Positions 48,459 to 57,090 of a stretch of 64,000 nt of DNA are shown here, piece after piece. The translations under genes and the position numbers were made by a program. Source of the stretch: an uncultured bacterium (GTDB lineage: Bacteria; Oederibacteriota; Oederibacteriia; Oederibacteriales; Oederibacteriaceae); assembly GCA_965112635.1 (NCBI GenBank), contig OZ218778.1, forward strand, positions 437,807 to 501,806. The letters are read 5' to 3'. The notes beneath the pieces were generated by a model that worked only from the letters and a program-made list of their open reading frames with translations, was not told where the DNA came from and did not search any database. Numbering within the stretch: position 1 is the first letter of the stretch; every line of letters starts with the position of its first letter.

Positions 48459-50153
48459 CTAGTCCTGCTTATAAGCTGGCTTTGGAAAAATAACCTTCAC
48501 TGGCTGACGAAATATTGCATGCTGAACGAGTAGCTCCCCTTTGGTTAATCTTGTCACCGAAGACTTTAATTCCTGTTCTAAAAATCGGTAATCCGGTTGC
48601 ATGATTTCGCTTGATGTACTACGTCCAATTATTTTTGTTGCGGCATTTCCGGTCACGCGTGGATGCACGGCACTCAAAAACTGTTGGGCTGAAAGCAAAA
48701 TAACACCAAGAGACCGGCCACGTTCTGATATATCAAGTATCTGTTCAATAAGTGGAGATTCCTTACCACCGGAAGGTGCGTATTTATTGAGCTCGTCTAC
48801 AAAAATCAATACTTTCTTGGGAAGATTAAGTGTTTCATCAGACTCTGCAAACATTTCATAAATATTTCGTATCACATCTCCGAAAACGAAAGCCTGTTCA
48901 TGATCTAGTAATTTTGCTATATCAATAACATATGTATGTCCGCCTTCTATTTTATGTATTTCATCTGCCAGGTGGTGCTCTAGACGTGTGCGACGGTCCG
49001 TAAAAAGACCCGTAGTACGCGTCTTTACCATTCGGCGAAGGTGTCTCCGAAACTTACCGACAGAACTGGGTTTTATGTCACCTATTCCTTGGGATTTTCC
49101 AGAATCAGCAAGAGGATATCCGTCCAGAAGGCTACTCCAATCCTGAACTTTAGCAAACGGTGATTTCGCTGTCTTATTCATTAAACCGCTCGATATTTCT
49201 CCTATAAGGGAATCAATAGTTTCTGTTGGATCAGGAATGCTGGAAAATAGTAAATCCAGCTTATCCGCAGAGTCATTTAATTCATAAGCATAAACTTTGT
49301 GTTGATTTGGCCTGACAAAACTATTGGCCTCTCCATTTTTAGCTCGAGGCAAATAGTAATGGACATTCTGAAATGGTTTTGGCTCTAACCCAAGACGCAG
49401 CCAAAGACCCTTTTGCTCTTCACTTAAATCTTTTGGCGGCTCATCAATCTTAAGCAAATCTCCATGCTTAACATTTAAAATGATAACAGCGACTTCCGAT
49501 GATTCAATTTTTTGAATAATAGACTGTAGTAAAAACATTGCATAACTTGTTTTAGTAGCCAGCCCACTAATCCCTGAAATATTGACGTGAGCCGATTCGG
49601 GACCGATTACATAATCTTTATCAAGATAAACTACTGCCTCAACATCGTTACTCATTTTAATTAGTCCGGCAGGGATCCGATTCTCTTGTTTCATAGTGTC
49701 TATTCCTAAAGCCGCATGGATGCCTGACTCGTCAGCAAACCGAACATTTCTTTCATTTTCAATGGGCATGTAGATTCCATCTTTAGTTGTTCCATCAGAA
49801 TTTTTGCCACCGCCGTCATTCATCATAACGTTAGCTTTAGCAAGAGTTGCTCCCACCCGTGGCGTATTTGGCTCTTCCGCAACTGATCCAAAATTATTTG
49901 ACACAAAATTCGCGAGATGACTTGCAGCGTCCGTCCTGTGCTCCAGACCAGCGATTAGCCCATATGTTTTACTTCCGTTAAAATGTTCCGATTCAACAAT
50001 GTCAAAAGGATTTACAAGAACATTCGCAGTTATCCAGAAATTAAACTTGTCGGCTGTAGTTGGTTCCTTGTCTGTCGCTGATGTCCTCCCGATTATCGGA
50101 TTTTCTTTCTTATCACTCATATACGCTACCTCCTCAAAGCAGAATTTATACAA
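48459..50153 (-). CDS. HerA/FtsK-superfamily-like P-loop ATPase (tentative)
   Basis: Deviant Walker A region (NISGISGLATKTS), Walker B hhhhDE (VLIFVDELNKY) and a downstream Arg-containing segment (ERGRSLGVILLSAQQ); 564 aa. Overlaps the upstream NurA-like gene by 28 nt. Confidence 0.5.
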   Translation of the reverse strand: MYKFCFEEVAYMSDKKENPIIGRTSATDKEPTTADKFNFWITANVLVNPFDIVESEHFNGSKTYGLIAGLEHRTDAASHLANFVSNNFGSVAEEPNTPRVGATLAKANVMMNDGGGKNSDGTTKDGIYMPIENERNVRFADESGIHAALGIDTMKQENRIPAGLIKMSNDVEAVVYLDKDYVIGPESAHVNISGISGLATKTSYAMFLLQSIIQKIESSEVAVIILNVKHGDLLKIDEPPKDLSEEQKGLWLRLGLEPKPFQNVHYYLPRAKNGEANSFVRPNQHKVYAYELNDSADKLDLLFSSIPDPTETIDSLIGEISSGLMNKTAKSPFAKVQDWSSLLDGYPLADSGKSQGIGDIKPSSVGKFRRHLRRMVKTRTTGLFTDRRTRLEHHLADEIHKIEGGHTYVIDIAKLLDHEQAFVFGDVIRNIYEMFAESDETLNLPKKVLIFVDELNKYAPSGGKESPLIEQILDISERGRSLGVILLSAQQFLSAVHPRVTGNAATKIIGRSTSSEIMQPDYRFLEQELKSSVTRLTKGELLVQHAIFRQPVKVIFPKPAYKQD

Positions 50154-51253
50154 CCTTGGATAACTTCCGTAGAAAAGAACAACTGTTTTGAAGCATGTTC
50201 AGCTTGATAGATAGGGTAAAGATGAGAATGCCAACGATCATCTGATCCATAAGGGGTCACAAATCGCTCTGCGAGTAAGGCTCCTGATATTTGATCCAAA
50301 AGCTCTGTTGTTAAAGGTTGTTCTTCAAGAATAGGAATCTCTACCTTTATTACGCCAAATAAGGGGTATAAAACCTGCTGTGATTTCCTTAATCTTAAAT
50401 ACCAGAATGCAGTTTTGCCCCCATATCCTTCATACGCAGCAGTTCGATTATTTTGTGGCAGATTACCAAGTAAGGAAACTACGCTCTCACTCTGCCTAGC
50501 TTTACCTTGCTGAGAATAAAATTTTTGTACAGTTGTAAAATTTTTTGCTACTCCAATTACCTTGGGGCTTTGCATGCCACCGCCAAAATGACCGAAGGAG
50601 ACAAGACCATCCTTTAAAAGCCATCCATCGGGAACCTTATCACGAAATTCTTTAGCAATTTCAAACTCCATGGTGCTCATCAAATGTCTTGTTTTGCTCC
50701 TTCCCCTTTCTCTTAAATCCTGCGTTTCCAGGAATTCACCGCTAAGGGCATCAAGTTCAATTAAATCTTTAATAATAATATTTACCCCTGCATCTTTAGT
50801 TGAGTCTTGTATTTTTTGCCACGCCAACTCTGATACTCTTGATTTAGCTATCAAAAGAAACCACTGATGTCTCTTGAAAACAGAAGTTAACCTTCCCTCA
50901 CCACTACGTTTTAAAATAGTAACTGATATTTGAGAAAGGAATATCGGGGTTGCGCGGTCATGTTCAAGGCCGGTTGCCAGAAAATAATGCCGGTAGGAGC
51001 CGTCGAGAAAATACCTGAAAAAATGATTTTGTTCTCTAGTTATTGGCTGTAGTTCCTTGTATTTCCATGTTGGTTTGGGAACTTCAAGTAAAGAATCAAT
51101 TTGCAGGTGATCGCCAACGAGTTTAGTGTCATCCCTTTCTTCTTCTCCAACAAAGGTCATTTCCTCAGTAGCTCCCCCACTAGCGGGAAGTAGCTCTAGT
51201 TGATTAGAAACAACAGACATAATTGATTTAAGGGTACTTACAAATTCCCTCAC
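50126..51253 (-). CDS. NurA-like nuclease (tentative)
   Basis: 375 aa with a NurA-like first catalytic motif (FLDGSYRHYF). An overlapping operon arrangement with a HerA-like ATPase is typical of NurA-HerA pairs. Confidence 0.45.
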   Translation of the reverse strand: MREFVSTLKSIMSVVSNQLELLPASGGATEEMTFVGEEERDDTKLVGDHLQIDSLLEVPKPTWKYKELQPITREQNHFFRYFLDGSYRHYFLATGLEHDRATPIFLSQISVTILKRSGEGRLTSVFKRHQWFLLIAKSRVSELAWQKIQDSTKDAGVNIIIKDLIELDALSGEFLETQDLRERGRSKTRHLMSTMEFEIAKEFRDKVPDGWLLKDGLVSFGHFGGGMQSPKVIGVAKNFTTVQKFYSQQGKARQSESVVSLLGNLPQNNRTAAYEGYGGKTAFWYLRLRKSQQVLYPLFGVIKVEIPILEEQPLTTELLDQISGALLAERFVTPYGSDDRWHSHLYPIYQAEHASKQLFFSTEVIQGCINSALRR

Positions 51254-51758
51254 CTATCCTCCAAACTTAAATTTACTTCCTTTAATTCGTCCTTATTTAT
51301 ACCCCATATATCTGACGCAATCTCATTGATCTGGTCCTCATATTCACTTACATTTATTCCAGACATAACCTTGTCATGACATATTTTCGAGAGTCTTGCC
51401 AATTCTTGGTGAGCTTCTAAAATTTTAGTAAATTTAGGTATTTTTATTTTTTCCAAAATGTGAGTACTCTGTGATGTAGATATTGTGTAAGACCGAACAA
51501 TTAGTCTAGTAATAGACGAATTTAATAGCGCACACAAATAATGAGCTTCTATTTCATCTTGAATATCAACCATCATAAGTTTATGATCTGGAATAATTGT
51601 TTTACCATTTAATTCGGAAATAACAGCACATTCAAACTCTGAAGATTGTTCCTTCCAAACAACCTTAAACGGACTAAATGTATACGGTCCAATATTATAA
51701 ATAGCGTATGACCTGCCCCCATTCTTTGTACCACTTGTTAAGTTAGAGTTAAGCAGCA
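51250..51758 (-). pseudogene. C-terminal fragment of an N6-adenine DNA methyltransferase (TaqI_C/Eco57I-type target-recognition region), truncated at its 5' side by the IS3 insertion
   Basis: ...FKVVWKEQSSEFECAVISELNGKTIIPDHKLMMVDIQDEIEAHYLCALLNSSITRLIV... has the hallmark LLNS motif of the TaqI_C domain. The track ORF's first ~45 codons (51759-51897) lie inside the IS end and are spurious. Confidence 0.5.
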
Positions 51759-52465
51759 TGACATAGGGCAATGCAAGGTTGCAGCAACCTTGCTTCCGGA
51801 GCTGGTGGCCGATACCCCAGTGAGCTATGCGGTCTTTTTGTATTGTACTCCTTCCTCCAGTTTTCGATAACATACTTTGCCTCCCACAGATTATCAAATA
51901 TTTCTCCGGCTAAGACCTCGTCCCTGAGTTTCCCATTAAAAGACTCGCAGTATCCGTTCTCCCACGGACTTCCAGGTTCGATAAATAAAGTCTTAACGCC
52001 GATATTACCCAGCCAACCTCTGATCATTTCTGAAGTAAACTCGCTTCCGTTATCCGACCTGATGTACTCAGGAATACCTCTACTGATGAATAGATCCATC
52101 AAACATTCCTGAACATCATCCGCCTTGAGACTTCTTCCCACTACCAGAGCCAGGCACTCCCTGGTGTATTCGTCTATCACGGTCAAGATCCGGAACGCTC
52201 GTCCTTCGCTTGTTCTATCCTTTACAAAATCATAGCTCCAGACATGGTCCTTATGATCTGGCCTTAATCTGACACAGGAGCCGTCGTTGAACCACAGACG
52301 CCTTCTTTTACGCTGCTTCTTCGGTATTTTTAGCGCTTCCTGTCTCCATATTCGCTCAACTTTCTTGTGATTAACCAGCCATCCCTCATCTCTGAGCATT
52401 GCCGTAATCCTACGATATCCGTAACGGCCATACTGGTTGGCCAGATTGATGATAGTTTCTGCCAA
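51749..52465 (-). CDS. IS3-family transposase OrfB (rve integrase core), 5'-truncated/separated from orfA by the IS256 insertion
   Basis: YGYRRITAMLR...HKDHVWSYDFV...IDEYTRECLA...E DDE-type integrase core. Confidence 0.85.
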   Translation of the reverse strand: MAETIINLANQYGRYGYRRITAMLRDEGWLVNHKKVERIWRQEALKIPKKQRKRRRLWFNDGSCVRLRPDHKDHVWSYDFVKDRTSEGRAFRILTVIDEYTRECLALVVGRSLKADDVQECLMDLFISRGIPEYIRSDNGSEFTSEMIRGWLGNIGVKTLFIEPGSPWENGYCESFNGKLRDEVLAGEIFDNLWEAKYVIENWRKEYNTKRPHSSLGYRPPAPEARLLQPCIALCHAA

Positions 52466-52585
52466 CCCCCAATCCCTTCCTTCGCGCTTTTGCTGGTACC
52501 TGGTTGTGTACCATTCCTGGGTGTAACTTCAACGAGGGGAAAGGCAAGGTTAGATTGCAGCAATCTAACCTTGCGGCCCCAAAAA

Positions 52586-53906
52586 TAAGTCCACGGGCGT
52601 AGACTAGGTGATTGCTTAGGTCACCAAACCCAAAATAAAAGGAGGTCTACACCCGTGAAGTCATTATCCCAAAGAATTGAGATTTATACGAATCAGAAAA
52701 TCAGAGAAAAAGTCAGAAAGATCGCACAGCCCGGTGTCGCTCTGGAAGTAATTGGCCAGGAGGTCAATGCCATCATTGCCCAGGCTTTAGATATTCAACT
52801 GGAGGCTGAAAGGGACGAGTTTTTGGGCCGTCAGCCTTATGAACGCCTTGAAAACAGCCCTAAAAGAAACGGTTTTAAATCCACCTCTGTCCCCGGCTTT
52901 TTTGGCAGACTTTTTCTGCACAAACCAGCTCTACGCCAGGGGTCCCTTCACTCGCCCTTGCTTACCGCCCTCAAACAAGCTGGAAAAGGCCTGGCTTCCT
53001 TCCTCGCCATCCGCTTCTGGCTCAAAGGCGCTGCCACTCGCTCTACCGCCGCTGAGATAAATGCCGCTTTGGGCACAAAGCTCTCTCACTCCACCGTCTC
53101 CACTCTCACCAACGCCTTGGAGCCAGCCATCCGTCAGTGGATGAATCGTCCCATTCCTCCCAACATCACCTACCTGCTCCTGGACGCCGCCTACCTGCCT
53201 GTCAGAAGACCTGGTTTTACCTCCAAACAAGCTCTATTGCTCGCCCTAGGCATGGATTCCTTTGGCAATCGCCATGTCCTGGGTTTCCTTCTCGGCGATA
53301 GAGAGTCCTTGGACTCCTGGCAGGCTTTTATCAATGACCTCCTCAAAAGAGGCCTTAACCGCAACACCCTCAGGCTCGTCATCTCCGATGAACACAAGGC
53401 CATTGAGCAGGCCGTCAAAAACCTCCTGGCTGTCCCTCACCAGCTCTGCCTGGTCCACAAGATCCGAAACCTCAGAGCCATTATGCCTCGCCGTGACTGG
53501 GGTGCCTTCCTTAACGATTTCAAAGCTATCTATTGGGCCGATTCCCGCAAACTGGCTCTCCAGGCCTTTGGCCGCCTCCAAGCTCGCTGGATGAAACTCT
53601 ATCCTAGAGCTACGGCTATGGCTCTCGATAGGTTCGACAACCTCACCACCTTCATGAACGAACCCCAGCATGTCTGGCGCACTCTCCGCTCCAGCAATCT
53701 CATCGAACGCTTTATCGCCGAGATCAAACGGCGCACCCGTGCTGCCGGCACCATGCACTCCGAATTGGAGGTCGCTAAGATCGTCTGGTCTGTTTCTACC
53801 ACTCAGGAAGATAATTGGTCTAAAAGAAAACTCTGGAAATCTCAAGGAGGTGATCTGGTTCAGGAAGGCTTGCTAAATGTTGCTTAACCTACTACCCGTG
53901 GACTTA
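52586..53906 (+). mobile_element. IS256-family insertion sequence with imperfect terminal inverted repeats (taagtccacgggCgtagACtagg / cctaCtacccgtggactta)
   Basis: The inverted repeats were found by eye and flank the transposase gene. Confidence 0.65.
52655..53887 (+). CDS. IS256-family (Mutator-like) transposase
   Basis: 410-aa product with the DDE region YLLLDAAYL...VISDEHKAIE...E and IS256-type N-terminal conservation. It starts at GTG. Confidence 0.9.
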   Translation: MKSLSQRIEIYTNQKIREKVRKIAQPGVALEVIGQEVNAIIAQALDIQLEAERDEFLGRQPYERLENSPKRNGFKSTSVPGFFGRLFLHKPALRQGSLHSPLLTALKQAGKGLASFLAIRFWLKGAATRSTAAEINAALGTKLSHSTVSTLTNALEPAIRQWMNRPIPPNITYLLLDAAYLPVRRPGFTSKQALLLALGMDSFGNRHVLGFLLGDRESLDSWQAFINDLLKRGLNRNTLRLVISDEHKAIEQAVKNLLAVPHQLCLVHKIRNLRAIMPRRDWGAFLNDFKAIYWADSRKLALQAFGRLQARWMKLYPRATAMALDRFDNLTTFMNEPQHVWRTLRSSNLIERFIAEIKRRTRAAGTMHSELEVAKIVWSVSTTQEDNWSKRKLWKSQGGDLVQEGLLNVA

Positions 53907-54046
53907 ACAACTTACACCCGAAAACTTGACATAATCCTGGTACCTCTGCGTTGAGCGCCCTTGCTCTACTGCTTTGCATGCCCGGCGCTCAGAAACTCCC
54001 ATATTTACGCAGACTTCTTCTACCGCTGCGCGTCTTTTCACCGGGC

Positions 54047-54337
54047 TTAATATTTTCCCGAACTTATCACCTTGTTGTATTCCTTCAGTATCTGGATATC
54101 CAAAGCTTGATTTGCGATCACTTTCTTTAACTGGTTATTTTCTTGCTCCAGCGACCTTAATCGCTTGGCCTCGTCCACTTTCATCCCGCCGTATTTCTGC
54201 CGCCACTTGTAGTAGGTATTCGCCGATATTCCTTTTGCCCGACAAAGCTCCTCTACCGTCTTGCCTTTGGCTATCTCTACCTCAAACTCCCGTAGCATGG
54301 ATACGACCTGCTCGGGTTTGTTGTATTTCCTTGGCAT
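54047..54337 (-). CDS. IS3-family transposase OrfA (HTH)
   Basis: MPRKYNKPEQVVSMLREFEVEIAKGKTVEELCRAKGISANTYYKWRQKY...LEQENNQLKK gives an HTH plus a leucine zipper, as in IS3 OrfA. Confidence 0.8.
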   Translation of the reverse strand: MPRKYNKPEQVVSMLREFEVEIAKGKTVEELCRAKGISANTYYKWRQKYGGMKVDEAKRLRSLEQENNQLKKVIANQALDIQILKEYNKVISSGKY

Positions 54338-54406
54338 AAAAATCCCCCTTCCTTTGTCCTTCCTTTAGAGTTATTCTAACTCAAAAGGTGGACCAGTTTT
54401 AGGGGG

Positions 54407-55264
54407 TCAGGTCATGGCACCCTCTTTTTTTTGGTCTAAATAGGCCCTGACCCTTTCCTGGTTACTTGAAAAATTCTGTTCTTGCGCATCCTCAGAAGGC
54501 ATAGGCTGTCCGGTTTCCCCGTCAAGTGAGGCCGTTGTTTCAACCACAGAACCTGTCCCGGCCTCCGGCCTGGGAGGTCCTGGAACAGGCCTGTCCTGGG
54601 TCCGTGTTTTGGTCCCCGGCCCTGTCATGGCTGTGGTATCCCTGGTTTTTCCCGGTTTGCTTACGGCCAGGGCCAGCACTTCCAGCCAGGAGAAACGGAA
54701 CATGGAGAGCATGGCCTGCTTGATCTTTTCCACTTCCTTGGGATCGGTCCGGTCCCTCAGGAGCCTCAAGCGCCTGAGGTTCCATTCGCTTATTATTTGC
54801 AGGAGGGAAAGGACCAGGCTAAACCAGATGGACGAGACCAGGAACATGATCCGGTTATCCCCGGCTATGGACAAGTCTGCCCACCCCAATTTCTCCAGGA
54901 TATGCAGCAATATCCAGAGGCTAAACCACATAGCCAGGGTAATTAAGGAGGGTATCCTAAACCAGGGCCTGTCCGGCTCGGTCTGGCCTGCCCGGAAAAA
55001 CGCCCAGGCTTTGAACTCCTGCCAGTAAACATAGAGGCTGAACAGGACCGTATAGCACAGGAAAAACCACCTGGTGCCAGCCAGGGCAGTCAGCGCATTA
55101 GTGTTGCCCCAGAAAATGTTGTAAAAACCCCGATGATAGAATTTCAAGTTTATGTCCAGGGGATCGGCCCAAACCCGAAAAAGGATACAGCCCAGGTTCA
55201 GCCCGGCGCTGAGCCAGGCCAGCATGGAAAACAGGCTTTTGGGGAGGTTTTCAGACCTAGTCAT
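54407..55264 (-). CDS. Integral membrane protein with a Pro/Thr-rich C-terminal tail; function unknown
   Basis: Six or more TM helices, then a low-complexity tail (PGTKTRTQDRPVPGPPRPEAGTG). Confidence 0.5.
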   Translation of the reverse strand: MTRSENLPKSLFSMLAWLSAGLNLGCILFRVWADPLDINLKFYHRGFYNIFWGNTNALTALAGTRWFFLCYTVLFSLYVYWQEFKAWAFFRAGQTEPDRPWFRIPSLITLAMWFSLWILLHILEKLGWADLSIAGDNRIMFLVSSIWFSLVLSLLQIISEWNLRRLRLLRDRTDPKEVEKIKQAMLSMFRFSWLEVLALAVSKPGKTRDTTAMTGPGTKTRTQDRPVPGPPRPEAGTGSVVETTASLDGETGQPMPSEDAQEQNFSSNQERVRAYLDQKKEGAMT

Positions 55265-55311
55265 GGGAGGAATTATATCAGGGGTTTTTCTAGACTCAAT
55301 ATGCCCGGTTC

Positions 55312-55456
55312 AACTAGTGTCACCACTAGTGTCACCAAGGCATGGGTCATGACACTAGCTAGGCTGGCGGGGCAAGATGATTGTTTATAGCCTGTAATAT
55401 ATAAAGAAACACTAGTGTCATGACTAGTGTCACCAGGCTATGGGTCATGACACTAG
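55312..55456. promoter_or_regulatory. Two ~46-bp blocks of operator-like half-sites (actagtgtca x2, then an inverted tgacactag) about 97 bp apart, in the intergenic region upstream of the T9SS-CTD protein gene
   Basis: Block 1 at 55312-55357 is actagtgtcacc-actagtgtcacc-aaggcatggg-tcatgacactag. Block 2 at 55409-55456 is actagtgtcatg-actagtgtcacc-aggctatggg-tcatgacactag. Confidence 0.5.
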
Positions 55457-55519
55457 TTGGACTGGCCGAGGGTGGCATAAGCTGGCCAGGGGATGGCAAG
55501 GGACTGAGCAGGGATTGTT

Positions 55520-57070
55520 TTATCTGACTATCGCCAGCTTTTTGATGACGGTGGTCTCTTTGCCTGAAAGGTCTTTGACCCTGATCCTGTAAAGGTAAGC
55601 CCCGTTAGCCAGACCAGAGACGCCAAAAAAGAACTGATTTGTGCCTGCGTTGGTTGGTGCAGGTTTGGTCCAGATACTTCTACCGTTGGAAGTAAATATT
55701 TCAATAGAGGCGCTCTGCGCCTGCCCGGCCAGGTAGTACTGGATAACCCCTGTATTTCCCTTAATGGGATCAGGAACTGTATGCACATTACTTTCTTGAA
55801 TTAAAGTGGAGGGTATAGGAGTAGGCATATTTGTTGGAGTAGAGGTTGGAGGGTTATAGCATATTTGAAGCTGAGGACAATTGTTAGAAAAACCTCCGAA
55901 ATATAAAGCTGTTAAATTATAGCCAGGTAATAAACACATACCTTCATTACTGGATAACATATTTAAAACCTCTGAATTGCTTAACGGAACCGTAAATTGT
56001 GTATATGAAAAGGAAAGGGGATTGATGATTCCCATATAGGGATAAAAACAATCCCACCCTAAATCCATACATCCACCTCCGCCCCCTACCCATTGCGTTG
56101 TTCCTGTTTGATAGTTCCAACATGCTCCATATTGAGTATATAAATTATTTGCCGGTGCAATTCTAGAAACATAACATGTCGTCATACCGCCCGCATTTGC
56201 AACATACATTGATAAAAAAGCCCAATTTATAGTTGAACCAGGTTGAATAGCGGATAAATTCCATTTTAAAACTGCAGTGGAATTTGTTGAGTTATAATTA
56301 TTACCTACAAAATAATATGATGGACATCCATAATTTTGACTAGGTTGTGATTGAACTAATTCAGCCATAATTATAGGTGTTGCTATAAAATTAGGAGTTG
56401 GAGTGAAAGAAGGTGAGCAAACGCCACTGGTAACTCCGATCATAAAATTACTCCATCTCGCCGCAATATTCATTGAACCAATCTGGGAATCACCGCTTAA
56501 CATACCACATTGAGTGCCTGTATTGGTAAACGTATTATCAGTTATGGTGGTGAGCAAGGCATCATCGACATAAATATTGCAGGTGCACCATTTGCAAACG
56601 ACCTTAATAATATCCCCGTTTGCCGGAGCGGGCCCACCGCTGCCGAGAACTCCCAGGGTGTTGTTCGCGAAATAGCCCCATTTATAATTATGTCCCCCGG
56701 AAGTATCGTCCCAAACAACATAAAAATTATTTTGGTCTTGCGCCCTGAAGATCACTCCCTGGTTGGTTTCATGATTGGATAATACGCATTGAACGGTGTA
56801 GTCAGGGCCGCCTGAATTAATTAATGCTCTTCCGTACTGCGTGGGAGCGTAGGCCTGGCCTGATGATATGCCGAAATTTTGATTATAGGCCAGCCAGGAT
56901 TGCCCTGTGTCAGCCGTTCCCAGGGATGATGAATTATCAGGACGATTGAAACTGTCAGTAACAATAGGACACGCGGTTGGGGTTGGTGTTTGACAAAAAA
57001 CAGACTTTGCCATTGATAATGAAATGATAAAAAAAATCAAATACTCAAACCACAAAAACGACTTTTTCAT
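55520..57070 (-). CDS. Secreted protein with a T9SS-type C-terminal sorting domain
   Basis: Signal peptide (MKKSFLWFEYLIFFIISLSMA) and a C-terminal ~80-aa beta-sandwich tail (...GAYLYRIRVKDLSGKETTVIKKLAIVR) that resembles the Por/T9SS CTD. Confidence 0.55.
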   Translation of the reverse strand: MKKSFLWFEYLIFFIISLSMAKSVFCQTPTPTACPIVTDSFNRPDNSSSLGTADTGQSWLAYNQNFGISSGQAYAPTQYGRALINSGGPDYTVQCVLSNHETNQGVIFRAQDQNNFYVVWDDTSGGHNYKWGYFANNTLGVLGSGGPAPANGDIIKVVCKWCTCNIYVDDALLTTITDNTFTNTGTQCGMLSGDSQIGSMNIAARWSNFMIGVTSGVCSPSFTPTPNFIATPIIMAELVQSQPSQNYGCPSYYFVGNNYNSTNSTAVLKWNLSAIQPGSTINWAFLSMYVANAGGMTTCYVSRIAPANNLYTQYGACWNYQTGTTQWVGGGGGCMDLGWDCFYPYMGIINPLSFSYTQFTVPLSNSEVLNMLSSNEGMCLLPGYNLTALYFGGFSNNCPQLQICYNPPTSTPTNMPTPIPSTLIQESNVHTVPDPIKGNTGVIQYYLAGQAQSASIEIFTSNGRSIWTKPAPTNAGTNQFFFGVSGLANGAYLYRIRVKDLSGKETTVIKKLAIVR

Positions 57071-57090
57071 CTACCCTTCCCTGCCTCTTT

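Larger units (their letters stand above)
51759..54405 (-). mobile_element. IS3-family insertion sequence interrupted by a nested IS256-family element; boundaries are approximate (ends read tgac...gtca)
   Basis: orfB at 51749..52465 and orfA at 54047..54337 are separated by the ~1.3-kb IS256-like insert. Confidence 0.6.

Noticed and set aside
51759-51897. N-terminal 45 codons of the 215-aa ORF (MIICGRQSMLSKTGG...)
   Set aside because: This part overlaps IS3 orfB and the IS terminus. It is an artefactual extension created by the insertion, and only the portion up to about 51758 is genuine MTase sequence.
52330-52563. 77-aa ORF upstream of IS3 orfB as the missing orfA
   Set aside because: It has no HTH or leucine-zipper features. 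The true orfA is at 54047..54337, on the other side of the IS256 insertion.
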